This document shows, piece by piece, positions 36,930-51,469 of a stretch of DNA of 64,000 nucleotides. Source of the DNA: Mobula hypostoma (Eukaryota); assembly GCF_963921235.1 (NCBI RefSeq), contig NC_086108.1, positions 56,422,001 to 56,486,000 on the forward strand. The letters are read 5' to 3'. The translations under genes and the position numbers were made by a program. Numbering within the stretch: the first letter of the stretch is position 1; every line of letters starts with the position of its first letter. Below the pieces are notes generated by a model. It was not told where the DNA came from. It searched no databases and was given only the letters and a program-made list of their open reading frames with translations.

Positions 36930-38065
36930 ATCTTCCTTAGTTCCTTGTCTCCTTCTCTTGGTTCCTGCGTCTCCATCACATCTGTTCTCAGAGTGATGGT
37001 TTCCATTCCAGAACATCTGAGATGTCCTCTTTTTCCAAAAAAGTAACATTTTCCATCCACTACCATCGATGCTGCTCTCACCTGCATCTCTTCTAGTTCC
37101 TGCACATTAACCATCACTCCTTACCCCTACCATGATAACAGAGATGGGGTTCCTCTTGTCCTTACCTTACCACTCCTTGAGCCTTGTATCCAGCATATCA
37201 TTCTATGCAACTTTTCCAACAGAATCCTACCACTAGGCACATTTGCCCCCCCCCCCCACTGCCCCCCTCTACTTGCCATTAAGGGTCACTCTATGTCATT
37301 CCCTTGTCCATTTGTCTTTCTCTACTAATTTCTCTCCTGGCACTTGTTCCTGCAGTGGTGATAAATGATATACCTGCTCCTAAACCACCTTCCTCATCAG
37401 TATTCAGGGCCCCAAACAGTCCTTCCAGTGAGGCAACGCTTCACCTGCAAGTCTGTGCAGCTCTTGCTGCAGCCTCTCTACATCAGTGAGGCACAAATTG
37501 AGGGCTGATCCTGGCTGTTGTGATGGACTGCACCTTTCTTCTGTCCATCACAAAAGCCAGGATCACCTGGTGGCTGTCCATTTCAGTTAGACTTCCCATT
37601 CCCATACCAACCAGTCTGTCCATGGCCACCTATATTGCCACCATGAGGTCACTCTCATACTTCACCTTCCACCTCCAACCTGATAGCAAGAGCATCAATT
37701 TTTCTCACTTCTGCTAATCACTCCCCTCTGACTCCCCCCTTCCTTCCCTTTATTCCATGGTGCATTTTCCTGTCCTATTTGATTCCTTCTTTAGCCCTTT
37801 ACCTCTTTCTCCTATCACCTCCAGCTTCCTACATCATCCCTCCACCTCCCCCTCACCTGGTCTCACCCATCATCTGCCAGCTTGTACTCCTCCCCCTCCC
37901 TGATCTTATCATTATGAATCTGTCCCTATCCTTTCCAGTTTAGGTGAAGGTCTCTGTCCAAAACATCAGCTGTTTATTCTCATCCATAGATGCTGTCTGA
38001 CCTGCATCTCTAACATTTCGTGTGCATTGCTGAAGATTCCAGCATCCGCAGAGTTCTTGTCTCTC
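36930..38065 (+). mobile_element. Older Penelope-like element (GIY-YIG end + terminal repeat)
   Basis: Colinear with 39345-40098 (cagggccccaaacagtccttcc, ctccaacctgat, gatgctg.ctgacctgc); hammerhead degenerate near 37940. Confidence 0.8.
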
Positions 38066-38891
38066 TTCCTTAGTGTTTAGCCATGAGCTAAGGTTTTGTA
38101 TCATCCTCCTTGAGACTTCTTTCAGAGGAAATGAATATCTCGGTATCTACCCCATCAAGCTCTTTCAGAACCTTGAGTTTAAGTGGGAGCATCTATCATG
38201 CTTCCAAATTGCTGTAAATTTATACCGGGATTAGAGTTATTCATCAAATGGAAATTCTTCTTCCAATGAATCCCATAACTGGGGAATCTATGTCATAACA
38301 CTGCCAGATCAAGTGTATCTTTTCTTGGATATTAAGACCCAAATATAAGGCAGTATTTGGTGTGGCCTCACCAAAGCCCTATTTCCCTGTACAGCAACTC
38401 TCATGCAGTAAAGACAATGCCATTTACTTTATTAGTTGGTGTGCCTGCATGTTAACTTATGCATTTCATGAATCAATAAGCCAAGATGCTATTGTACATT
38501 GACCTTGCTCATTGCTTGCCATTTATAATATGTTGTGCTTTTCTTTTCCTAATAAAATGAATAGTTTCCTCCCTGCATTATAACCTATCTGCCCATTCAT
38601 GTAGCCCAGTATGTCCTTGTTGACACTTTGCATCATCTTCACAAATTACTTTCCCACTAACATGTTTAGATAAACTACTTTTTTCTCTGTACTTAATGGA
38701 GATTATAAGGATATCTGAGTATAGTGACCTCAAGTTCTAGGCTTCCCCCACCAGAAGAAGTATGCTGTACATCCCCACTGATGCTTTTAAATTCCAGCTG
38801 ATAGCCTAGCCTGTACAGTCTTTCGTTAGACAAGCTGCTCATTCCAGTTGTTATTCTAGCAAACCTCCTGTAACTGCTGGCAACACATTAA

Positions 38892-40098
38892 CAACAGGAA
38901 TTCTGCAGATGCTGGAAATTCAAGCAACACACATCAAAGTTGCTGGTGAACGCAGCAGGCCAGGCAGCATCTCTAAGAAGAGGGAAAGAGGTACAGTCAA
39001 CGTTTCAGGCCGAGACCCGTCGTCAGGACTAACTGAAGGAAGAGTTAGTAAGAGATTTGGGAGGGGGAGGGGGAGATCCAAAATGATAGGAGAAGACAGG
39101 AGGGGGAGGGATGGAGCCAAGAGCTGGACAGGTGATTGGCAAAGGAGATATGAGAGGATCATGGGACAGAAGGTCCGGAGAAAGACAGTGGGGGGGAGGG
39201 GGACCCAGAGGATGGACAAGGGGTATAGTCAGAGGGAGAAAAAGGAGAGTGAGAGAAAGAATGTGTGTATAAAAATAAACAACGGATAGGGTATGAGGGG
39301 GAGGTGGAGCATTAGCGGAAGTTAGAGAAGTCAATGTTCATAGCGGAACAAGTGCTACACATGCCCTTACAGTTCCTCTCTTACCACCATTCAGGGCCCC
39401 AGACAATCCTTCCAGGTGAGGCGACACTTCACCTGTGAGTCGGCTGGGGTGATATGCTGCGTCCGGTGCTCCCGATGTGGCCTTCTATATATTGGCGAGA
39501 CCTGATGCAGACTGGGAGACCGCTTTGCTGAACACCTACACTCTGTCCGCCAGAGAAAGCAGGATCTCCCAGTGGCCACACATTTTAATTCCACATCCCC
39601 TTCCCATTCTGACGTGTCTATCCACGGCCTCCTATACTGTAAAGATGAAGCCACACTCAGGTTGGAGGAACCTTATATTCCGTCTGGGTAGCCTCCAACC
39701 TGATGGCATGAACATTGACTTCTCTAACTTCCGCTAATGCCCCACCTCCCCCTCGTACCCCATCCGTTATTTATTTTTATACACACATTCTTCTCTCACT
39801 CTCCTTTTTCTCCCTCTGTCCCTCTGACTATACCCCTTGCCCATCCTCTGGGTCCCCCGGACCTCCTGTCCCATGATCCTCTCATATCACCTGTCCAGCT
39901 CTTGGCTCCATCCCTCCCCCTCCTGTCTTCTCCTATCATTTTGGGTCTCCCCCTCCCCCTCCCACTTTCAAATCTCTTACTAACTCTTCCTTCGGTTTGT
40001 CCTGACGAAGGGTCTTGGCCTGAAACGCCGACTGTACCTCTTCCTAGAGATACTGCCTGGCCTGCTGCGTTCACCAGCAACTTTGATGTGTGTTGCGA
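38892..40098 (+). mobile_element. Penelope-like retroelement: 5'-truncated GIY-YIG end with inverted terminal copy
   Basis: GLLYIGET...RLGDRFAEH...PVATHFN...LGSLQPDGMN endonuclease; arms 38924-39341 and 39708-40096 are inverted; 11-bp TSD caacacattaa. Confidence 0.92.
38995..39030 (-). ncRNA. Hammerhead ribozyme motif (Penelope inverted arm)
   Basis: Minus strand AGUC-CUGACGA-CGGGUCUCGGCCU-GAAAC-GUU^GACU; core intact, GUU triplet. Confidence 0.7.
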
Positions 40099-40134
40099 CA
40101 ACACATTAATATCTTTTTTAAGCAAGCAGTTCAA

Positions 40135-41090
40135 TAATAAGACCATAAGATATAGGAGCAGAATTGGGCTCTGCCATTTCATCATGGCTGATCCAATTTT
40201 CCTCTCAGCCCCAATCTCCTGCCTTCTCCCCATATCCCTTCATGCCCTGACCAATCTTATCAACCTCTGCCTTAAATATATATAAAGACTTGTCCCTCAC
40301 AGCTGTCTGTGGCAAAGAATTCCACAGATTCACCACTCTGACTAAAGAAATTCCTCCTCATCTCTGTTCTAAAAGGGCAAGATCTTCTCTTGAGAAAACC
40401 ATGCTGACTGTGGCCTATTTATTCATGCCTCCAAGTACCCTGAGACCTCATCCTTAAGAATCAAATGGACTCCAGCACCTTCCCAATCACTGAGGTCAAA
40501 CTAACTGGCCTATGGTTTCCTTTCTTCTGCCTCTCTTCTTGAAGAGTGGAGTGATATCTGCAATTTTCCAGTCTTCTGGCACCATTCCAGAATCTAGTGA
40601 TTCTTGAAATATCATTAACTAATGCCTTCACAATCTCTTCAGCTACCTCTTTCAGAACTCTGGAGTGTACACTGGTCCAGGTGACTTATCTACCTTCAGA
40701 CCTTTCAGTTTCCCAAGAACCTTCTCTCTAATTATGGTAACTTCACACACTTCATGACCCCTGACACCTTCAACTTCTGCCATACTGCTAGTGAAGACTG
40801 ATGCAAGATACTTATTCAGTTCATCCACCATTTCCTTGTCCCCCATTACAACCTTTCTGACATCGTTTTCTAGCAGTCCAATATCGACTCTCACCTCTCG
40901 TTTATACTTTATCTATCTGAAGAAACTTTTGATATCCTCTTTAATATTATTGGCTAGCATATTTTTGTATTAGTTGCCTTCTGTTTATTTGAAAGCTTCC
41001 CAATCCTCTAATTTCCCACTAATTTTTGCTCTAATGTGCCCTCTCTTTGGCTTTTAAGTTGACTTTGACTTTTAGCCACAGCTAATCCAG
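40135..41090 (-). mobile_element. CR1 LINE fragments
   Basis: CR1 tail at 40140 and KVLGKLKGLKVDKSPGP. Confidence 0.85.
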
Positions 41091-42596
41091 GCATGTGCTT
41101 AGCATGCTGTACTTGACTTGGCAATGGACTGTTACTTTTGCATTTCAATAACCCTCACAGTAAACAATAACATTTGGTCAGCTTTGCTAATTATATGCTC
41201 TATTGATCATATAACTTTGCAGAATCTGCTCCGAGACCCTCGTATCCCTTTGTTCCCTTTGTTTAAGTAATATTTTTCTTTTTTCTTTTTCTGCCATTTA
41301 ATTTTTAATACTTCAGCATTTATGCAACAACCTGGTATGCTCTTTGTCTTCTGTGTTTAATGTTTTATAACTATTTTAAGTTATTTGAAATTTATTAGGT
41401 TGACATTGTTTCATTCACTTCATTAAACAAAGTGTAAAATATGGGGCAACATTTTATCCTAGCCAAGCAATAGAATCATCCTGTTTTAATTTAGAATTCT
41501 AGGGTCCTAAAATGGTCAAATTAGCTAAAATGTCAGAGAAATTCGCTTGCTTCAGAAAACACTTCCATTGAGCAAGCTGTAGCACTTAGTTCTGGCAAGT
41601 GTTCTGAACCGTTTTGGAGAAAATACCTTTTGCCTTAATGTATGTGGGGATAGATATAAAAAACACAGCAGGATTCTTTAGTATGGATAGTGGATTCTGG
41701 ATGGTAATCCACAGGGAACATTTCCAATCTGGTATCTAGAATGTTTTGCATTTCTTCTTTTAATTATTCACTTTTACAGAACTAGAGTTTTATAGCAAAT
41801 GTCACCCTCCGTCAAAGAGAGATCATAATTGTGTTCAGTCCTCTTTCACCTCCATCAGCGCAGAAATATTCTTGTCTAACTACCTGTCAATAAGACATAA
41901 GACCAAATGTCTGCGGTACTCTGAGGCTTTTTAAAAAAAGTAAACCTTTTACATTAACAAAAGCATTCCTTTTGTTTTCACTTGTGTGCTGGATCTTTAC
42001 TAGACAATTCAAATGAATCGAAAAGCTTAGAAACATCTTTCATTGTATATAGCTTCTGAATCGGGTGACCTAGAAAGGTTCTAGCTTCGTTGCATGTTTC
42101 AATTGAGTGAGCTGACTTTGTGTATGCTGATCCAGTATCACTACTGAGGAATACTGCTGTGGCTTTTAGATTATCTGCTGCAGTAAGCTTTCACAATTAA
42201 GAATCAGAAGGATGTCAACACATGTGCTTGTTCATGATTAAAGGCAAAGTCCAAAAAAGTGTGTTGTAAGGGAGTGGGATTGTGTATTCAACCAATATCA
42301 TGTCATCAGAAAGCCTGATGATCTTTTCAGGATTTGCATGTAAGGAGTGGTTGATTAGATTAATTATCAAAATCCTTACAGCATCTCAAGATTTCTATGC
42401 CAGTGTAAGCTGTAACTGAGGAAGATCAATTCATTATTTTCTTTTCAATTTGTTTAATGTTTTTTTCAGATAATCTAAAAGATTGAAGCATATAGGTTAT
42501 TTGTCAGCTATTGAAATTTGTTCTTTTTATAGGAGTGCCCTTTAATTTAAAAACAAACCAAGTAAGATGCGTAGTGATCGCAAGTATGTGGCATAG

Positions 42597-42806
<210 letters not shown>

Positions 42807-43494
42807 TGAATTGTAAAATTGATTTTTATATATTAAACAAGACTAGTTTACAGTTAAAGTTGGAATTATGTAAAGTAATGAAGGTCTCAAATTTTCCAGT
42901 ATCCCTTTTATTCCAGTTCAAGTAACTAGGAAGGTCAATACGTTTGGTAGGAACTGTAAAAAGATTAAGAAGTCAATTCATTCACCTTTGTTTAACATTA
43001 TTGCAAAAGGAGTAATTATTCAAAATGTAGTGAAAATGCCTTTTACTTATTATATTGCTCCTTGCTGAGGCATTCTTTCTATTAGAAAATATTGCAACTA
43101 AATTCAATTCACTAAAGTTTGAAACAGCTCATTCAGATAAGTCAATTACAGTTTAAGATTTCTAGGTGAGCAACAGCAATCCTCTTTGAAGCTTATGCTT
43201 CCACATTAGGCAGTCTCTGAAAATAAATATTTTGAATGTCTCCCATACATCTGTAGTAGCAGTTGTATGGTCAAAAATCTAGAACTATATTGTGTTCCTC
43301 TTGTATCATTTTCTGGCCTGTAGGCTAATTACTATCACTTCAAATTAAGACCTTTTATTATGGCCCTTGCAGGAATTAAATTCCAGTCTATAAACATGGC
43401 AATCAACCTGTATAAAGCATAATCCATATGGGTTTCATTGCCCTACTTTGCCAAGCTACAAACAATTATTCCTCCTAGCAAGCCATTTATCATG

Positions 43495-46400
43495 GTAAGA
43501 CCCATAAGACATTGGAGCAGAATTATGCCATTTGGCCAATCATCTGCTCTGTTATTCCATCCTGGCTGATTTATTGTCCCTTTCAACCCCATTCTGTCAC
43601 CTATTCCCCATTAACATTTGACGCCCTTACTAATCAAGAACCTATCAACCTGTTTTAAATATACCCAGTGACTTGGCCTCCACAGCTGTCTGTGGCAATG
43701 AATTGCACAGATTCACCACCCTCTGGCTAAAGAGCCATCAAACACTGTTCATAACTTAACCCTTTTCCCAGAATCACTCTGGTGAACATCCTCTGAACCC
43801 TTTTCAATGCCAGCACATCTTTTCTTAGATAAGAGATCCAAAACTGCTCAGAATACTCCAAATATGGTCTAACCAATTTCTTAAAAAGTATCAGCATTAC
43901 ATCCTTGCTTTTATACTGTTATCTTGAAATGAATGCTAACATTGCATTTGCCTTCTTTACTGCCAACTGGTATTGCAAGATAACCTTCAGGGAATCCTGC
44001 ACAAGGACACCCAAGTCCCTTTGCAACTCTTGATTGCTGAATTTTCTCCCCATTCAGAAAATACTCTATGCCTTTATTCCTCCTACCAAAGTGCATGACC
44101 ATACACTTCGCAACACTATATTCCATCTGCTACTTTGCCCATTCTCCTAATCTGTCTTAAGTCCTTCTGCAAATTCCCTGCTTCCTCAACACCACTTGCC
44201 CCTACACCTGTCTTCATACAGTCTGCAAACTTGGCCACAAAGCCATCATATCATGTGAAAAAAAGATGGTCCCAACACCAAGCCCTGCAGAACACCACCA
44301 GTCACCGGCAGCCAACCAGAAAAGGCACCATTTGTTCCCATTCTTTACTTCTTGCCAGTCAGCCACTCTTCTACCCACACCAGTATCTTCCCGGTAATAC
44401 CATGGGCTTTAGCCTTGTTTAGCACCTTGTCAGAAGCTTTCTGAAAATCCAAGTAAACAAAATCCACTGATTCTCCTTTGTCTATCCTATCCTGCCTGTT
44501 ATTCCATCAAAGAATTCCAACAGATTTGACAGGCAAGATACCCCGTTAACGAAACCATGCTGACTTTGTCCTATTTTATCATGTGCCTACAATTATCCTT
44601 GCACCTCATCCTTAATATTGGACTCCATCATCTTCTCAACCACTGAAGTCAGACGAACTGGTCTATAATTTCCTGTATTTTGCCTACTTCCCTTCTTAAA
44701 GAGTGGAATGACATTTGTAATTTTCCAGTCCTCTGGATCCATTCCAGAATTTAGTGATTCTCGAAAGATCACTACTAATGCCTCCAGAATCTCTTCAGCT
44801 ACCTTTTTCAAAAGCCTGGCATGCAGTCCATCTACCTTCAGAACTTTGAGCTTCCCATGCACCTTCTTAGAAACAGCAAGTAAACTCACTTCTTTCCCCG
44901 ATACTCAACATTCTGCTGCTGATGTCTTTCACAGTGAAGACTGACACAAAGTATTTACTAAATTCATCCACCATCTCTTTATCTTCCGTTACTACCTCTC
45001 TTAACAGCATGCTCCAGTAGTCAATTATCCACTCTTACCTCATTTTATTTTACTCTTAATGTATCTGAAAAACTTTTGGTATCTTTTATATTATTGGCTA
45101 GCTTACCTTCATATTTCATCTTTTCTCTCTGTATGCTTTTTTAAAAGTTGTATTCTGTTGGATTTTAAAAACTTTCCAATCATCAAACCTCCTACTAATT
45201 TTTGCCATATTATGTGCCCACTCTTTTGCTTTTCTGCTGTTTTGGACTTCCCTTGCCTCTTTAATTCCCTTTACTCCACTGTAATAATGATGCATCTGAC
45301 TTTAGCTTCTCCCTCTCAAACTGCAGGGTGAATTCTATTATATTATGGTCGTTGGCTCCTAAGGGTTCCATTACCTTAACTTCCCTAATCAAATCTAGTT
45401 CATTACATAACACCAAATCCAGAATTGCCTTTTTCTACAGGGTTTAACCACAAGCTACTCTAAAATGCCATCTCATAGGCATTTTACAAATGCTCCATGG
45501 CTATCGTAATATTGCCCTTATATGTCCTTTCTATCTCGTAGTTTGTACCCCACATCCTGACTACTGTTCAGAAGCCTGTTTATAACTCCTGTTGGGTTGA
45601 TAAAGGATCTAGTGCTTTATTGGCTTATATGACGCATAAACTCTTCACAAGCTTCCAGCCTAGGCATCAGCCCTGATGAAGATGCCGGAGTTTGTCATCA
45701 AAACGTCAATTAAAATCGAACCTATACCTGGCTGGAAGCCTGAGTAGAGCTTATGCATCTCAACAGGGTCTTCTTACCCTTGCAGTTTCTTAATTCCACC
45801 CACATGGATTATACAGCTTCTGATCCTATGTCACTTCTTTCTAAGGATTTGATTTCATTTTTTTTTTTACCAACAGAGCCACCCCCTTTGCCACCCTGCC
45901 TGTACTTTAGATACTGTGTGTATCCTTGGATGTTAAGCTCCCATCTATGATCTTCATTTAACCATGACTCAGTGATACCCACAATGTCATACCTGCCAAT
46001 CTCTAATAGCGCTACAAGATCATTTACCTTATTCTGTATACTGCACGCATTCAAATATAGCACCTTCAGTCCTGTATTCATAACCCTTTTGGATTTTGTC
46101 CCCATGTTACACTTTAACTCATCACACTGATGCAATATTTCCCATTCATCTGCCTGTCCTTCCTCACAGTCTCACTACACATTGCATTGACTTGTATACC
46201 AACTGCCCCATCCTTAGCCCTATCACTCTGGTTCCCATCCCACTGCCAAATTAGTTTAAACCCTCCCAACAGCTGTAGCAGATCTGCAGTAAAGTTCAGG
46301 TGTATCCCAACTTTTTTGTACTGGTCATGTTATCCCCAGAAGAGATCCCAATGATCCAGAAATCTGAAACCCTGCCCCCTGAGCCAATTACTCAGCCACA

Positions 46401-47100
46401 CATTCATCTGCCTAGTCATCCGACTCTTACCCTCACTGCTGCACGGCATAGGTAGTAATCCAGATATTACTTCCTTTGAGTACTTGCTTGTCAGCTCTCT
46501 ACTTAACACTATATTCTCTCTTCAGGGCCTCATCCCTCTTTTTACCATGTATGGTATTGGTAGCAATATGTACCACGACTTCCAGCTGTTCACCCTCCTT
46601 CTTTAGAATGCTGTGGACCCAATTCGAGACATCCCTGGCAGCTGAGAGGCATACCATCAGGGTGTCTCTTTCACATCCACAGGTTCTCCTTTAACTATGT
46701 AATCTATCACTACTGCACTCCTCTTCTTCTCCTGTCCCGTCTGAGCCAGGGGCTAGAGTGAGTGTCAGCAAGCTGGTCACTGCAGTTTTCCCCTGGCAGG
46801 TCGTTACCACATTTCACACCCCCCACCCAGTATCCAAAGTGGTATAGTTATTATTGAAGGGAACAGCCATGGGGACTCTGCACTGGCTGCCTATTCCCTT
46901 TCCCTCTCCTGGCAGTCAGTCACTCACCCACCCACCCCTACCCCATCGCATTCTGCATCTTGGGGGTGACTCTCTCTCTGTAGCTCCTATCTGTCACCTC
47001 ATTTTCCCCATATAAGCCGAAGGTCATCAGGCTGCAGCTATTGTTCCTTAACATGGTCTCGGGAACTGCAGCTCGATGCACCTCATACAGATGTAGTGCA
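43495..47100 (-). mobile_element. Decayed CR1 LINE with ORF1 esterase, endonuclease and RT remnants
   Basis: Tail at 43500; KCMVMHFGRRN; NYRPVRLTSVV; LYLNACSI...DIVGITESWL (APE endonuclease); VVVHIATN (ORF1). Confidence 0.88.
45631..45759 (+). mobile_element. Second-family miniature Penelope insertion with degenerate hammerhead, nested in CR1
   Basis: Imperfect 30-bp inverted ends; CUGAUGA-A-GAUG...CAUC-AAAAC-GUC at 45673-45707. Confidence 0.7.
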
Positions 47101-47762
47101 TGTAGATCAGGTCAAATAAATGCTGAGCAAATCACATCATAATTAGGTGAATGTTTGAGACAACCAATATTGTGCACACATTTATACTGAAGGAGTACGC
47201 ATACAGCCTGTGAACCTGTTCTCTTCTGACATTTAGTGAAATTATGGCAGATCCATGACCAAACCCAATAAACCTGCTTTCCCTTCTTCATACTTCTGGT
47301 TAATTAAAATATATTACTCAAATGTAAAGTCAATAATTGATCAAGCAGTGATTGCTAAACATAGAGGGGTGTTCCAAACCTCAGCTATCTCTTATACATG
47401 GAAATGTTTCCTAGATTCTGAAAGGTGTTTTTCTTATCTTTAGTTTTCTACTCAGCATTTGTATCACATTAAAGTTTATTAGCTTTATTGTAATTTTTCT
47501 GTAACAATTTGATACTTTATTATAAATTAAACTCAGAACACAAATAGTAACACAATAATATGGCAATATTTTATAATTAATTTGTTAGAAATAACTGTGT
47601 GTAATTACCTATAATAGTAAATAATAACTATAGATTGTCACTTTTAAAATCATTTATGTGCATCAAATTCTGAACACCAAACATAGATTTAGATGAAAAA
47701 CTTACATCTGGTTACTGATTTGGAAAAGTGAATTTGTGATTTGTGAATTCTATTTGTCTTAG

Positions 47763-47882
<120 letters not shown>

Positions 47883-49861
47883 TAGCAACTGGCAGCATGA
47901 CCATATAGCATGATGATAATACCATTTCAGCTTGGGTATGAAATCATGGACTTTGACTAAAACTTGCTAATGACTGCTACTGATCCATATGGTAAGAAAG
48001 GACATGCAATACCTGGACTCGTCAGTGTTGATCTAATGGGCATAGTTGTCCCAGTTCAATATAACATGACAACAGCACTTGACAAGTTTTTATATTTTCA
48101 GGTTTGCAGACTATAACACCCACCTTTGGTATTACAGTCAGAGAAAAATATTGCTTGATCAGCCAAGCCACAGCAGTACAGCCAAATATGAAACAAACAT
48201 TAGGAAACATTCAGAGGCTAAAAAATTATTAAAAGCATGAGTATTAAAAAAAGTTGAAGAAAGGAAATGAAAACACTTTCAAAGAGAACGAAAGGCATAG
48301 ACAGTCATTAATGCAACACGCACAACACACTGGAGGAACTCAGCAGGTCGGGCAGCATCTGTGGAAACGAACAGTCAACATTTTGGGCCAAGGTACAACA
48401 TGGTAACAGGTTCTTAGGCATACTGAGTCCATGCTGACAACCAACTACCTGCTTAGGTTAAATATGTTTTATTTCCTCCACATTCTCATCAACTCACCTC
48501 AGACTCTACCACTGATTGCAGACCAAGTCAATTTGCAGTGGTTAGCAAATTGTATCAATCCACGTCTCAAGATGTGGGAGGTAATCAGAGCATCCGGAGG
48601 AAATACACACAGACAGCGTCCAGGATCAGGAGGTTAAGCAGATTTATTTTTACTTAAAAAATGTATATTACCTTATGCTTTTCTAGGTCCCTCAACCCTT
48701 GCTCTTCATTCAAAGATTGAACTGCATTCCTCCTTCAGGCTTAGCTTGGCAAAAGTTCACATCTCAGATTCTCCCAGTTTGTGTTACAGATTATTTGGTA
48801 ATAAAACTTCCTGTTGGTTTAACAGACACTTCAGTCAGACATTCAAAGTTTTAATGCTTTTTAGAGCACCCAGAATTGTTTTCTCACCTGCTTCAGAGGA
48901 CTGTATTCGATGTTTAATTTTTCAGCTTTTTTGTCCTAGAGGCTTCTGTCAACATTGCTTTGAGATGCTCTGGATACATTTTGTCAGGAAAGATTACAAG
49001 AAGTCTTGAACATTTTTCCTGTTGTTTCTAATATTTCTAAAGTTTAATCTGAAAAAAGTTTTTTTTCTGAAAACACATGTCTATTTTCAAGCTAAATTCA
49101 TACCTTGCTGTTAGTAAGATGTATATTTCTCAAGAGCTAAATTCAGGAGAGTTTATTCACTTCCTATTTTTTTGGCAACTTCTAGCTGACATTTAATTTT
49201 GATTGCTGTTTTGCATCCTTATGATTGGCTTTTTGTTAAAAGTTTTGTGAATTATGTGTTTTGGAACTGACCATGGATTACATTTAAAAGATAAAAGGAG
49301 AGGTAGGAGTGGGAGTCTCATCAATATGTCAGAGTACCAGTAACGTGAAATCTCATTATCCCAAACATGGCAATGAAAAACAAAATAAAGCTTTTCTTGG
49401 GATAATTAACAAAGCATAGAATATTTTTTAATTAAAACTTCCATGAGAGATGAATCATTGGAACACCGAAGTTTACTATCACAATATCAAAATAAAGCTT
49501 TTATTTCCTCTCCACTTCCCTCATCCAAAATGTTCGGCAATACAAACTTCCCAGTGTTGAGTGCTATTATTTAGTACCAATAAATTTGCACTATAAAAGC
49601 GGCAAGAGAGAAAAATATCAAAAGGGAAAACTGAATGCTTGTCACTGAAAGTTACAATGGTTAGATATGGTTAGAATCTAATTCAGATGCCGTGACGTAA
49701 GGACGTGTTCCCATATGCTAAAACTTTAAAAACAAAATTGAATGGAATGACTTTGATTAAAAATTAGGCCTTTGGCTGTGATCTTTGTTTACTTATAGTC
49801 ATCCAAGTGGTACACTGAGCACATAATACGTAATGCAATTGGATATAGAAGAAATGTGTAA

Positions 49862-50056
<195 letters not shown>

Positions 50057-51469
50057 TGATATAAATGTTGCTAATTGAACAATACCAATAATTCTAAATA
50101 TGAAACTAAAGTTTGGAATGCCAATCAGCAAAAACACACACATTTTCTTGCCTCATCTACAACTCATGGTATAGGCAGACCTATATGTACAGTTGATTTT
50201 TAATTGCTTACCCTGTGTTCAGGGAGAATAAATACTGACTGACTGATGCATATGCATCCTGTAAATGGATAAATTTTGAAAAATTATCATGCGGTTATCA
50301 TAAATTTTCTAGTATTGCCAACAAAATTAGATATTTTTTGTGGGTGTTTTATTAGAACTGCCTTTAAAGGTTCAATTTCAAATTTGAAAACCTCTTCTGT
50401 AATATTGAACCAGATTGTGCTGGAGTTGGTCAACTTAGTATGCTCATTCTCTACATTCATTATGCACTTTGCTCAGAGGCTGAGTGCAAATTAAGTTGGC
50501 CCTTTATACCAGGGAGACTCGTGAAAGTTCGTGCAGCTCCCCACATAGAACATTCCTTTAGCAAGTGCTGCTGATACCCTGTACACACAATCTTAGCATG
50601 TGTCAAAAGACTTCTGGACAATTTTCAATTAGTAGTCAGATAATCGCTTTGCAATTGGAAAATGCCAATGGTTTAGCACTTGGCTAGATAGCCCGGCTTG
50701 AAGTGACTGTGGCTCCGTTTCTTGTGGTCCATTCATAGTGACTGCAACCTTCTCCGGCTTGTCAATGCTCTTCTGGGCTCAATGATGAATCCATTGGCTC
50801 AGCCACAAGATCTGCTAGAGGTCGGACAGTGTGTAAGAGGCAATTCTCTTTAAAAACACTAGGTAGACAAGTACAATATTGGCCCCATTTGTTACAGAAA
50901 ATAAGTGTTTTTGCAGTATAATAAAGCTGTGTTCTTGCCTTTCAATTTCACATATCCATCAAAAGTTTACTATGTGTAATGTCTTATTTGTAATAACAAT
51001 AAATGATCTTTTTCATAACAAATTAGTATTTTAATAAGCATATTTTTTATTACCTGCTAATATTATAATGCACACTCAACATCCAGCATTACCATTCTTG
51101 AATATTCCCAGACATCAGGCCAGAGGTTAGCACCACTAGGATGTAGTCTTAGGACCAGGCAGTATTTTGAAGAAATTTCACTACTTAGAGGGAGAAAGGT
51201 AGTTCGAGCTTCCAGGATTTCAAAAGATTTGAAATCCACCAAGTTTTGTGTTTGTAGCATTGTGAAGAATAACTTTAATATTTCTGACGTTAAAAACTCA
51301 GCATGTGAAATGGCTGATACTATCAAGAGGCTTTGTCTGGGCTTATTATAATGAAAATATTTTTTAAACAACATTCCTGAAATAATTTACTTCCAGTATT
51401 GGTTTTGAAGTCATATTCTAGTGAACTCCAGAATGAAAGAATTTGATGGTGCTGCTTCAAATTAGAAGC

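Noticed and set aside
50510..50840. Unique, GC-richer intronic block that might be a conserved non-coding element
   Set aside because: Cannot be assessed without cross-species alignment.
51063..51374. Possible ancient hAT dimerisation-domain relic
   Set aside because: Only a vague resemblance; too decayed to support.
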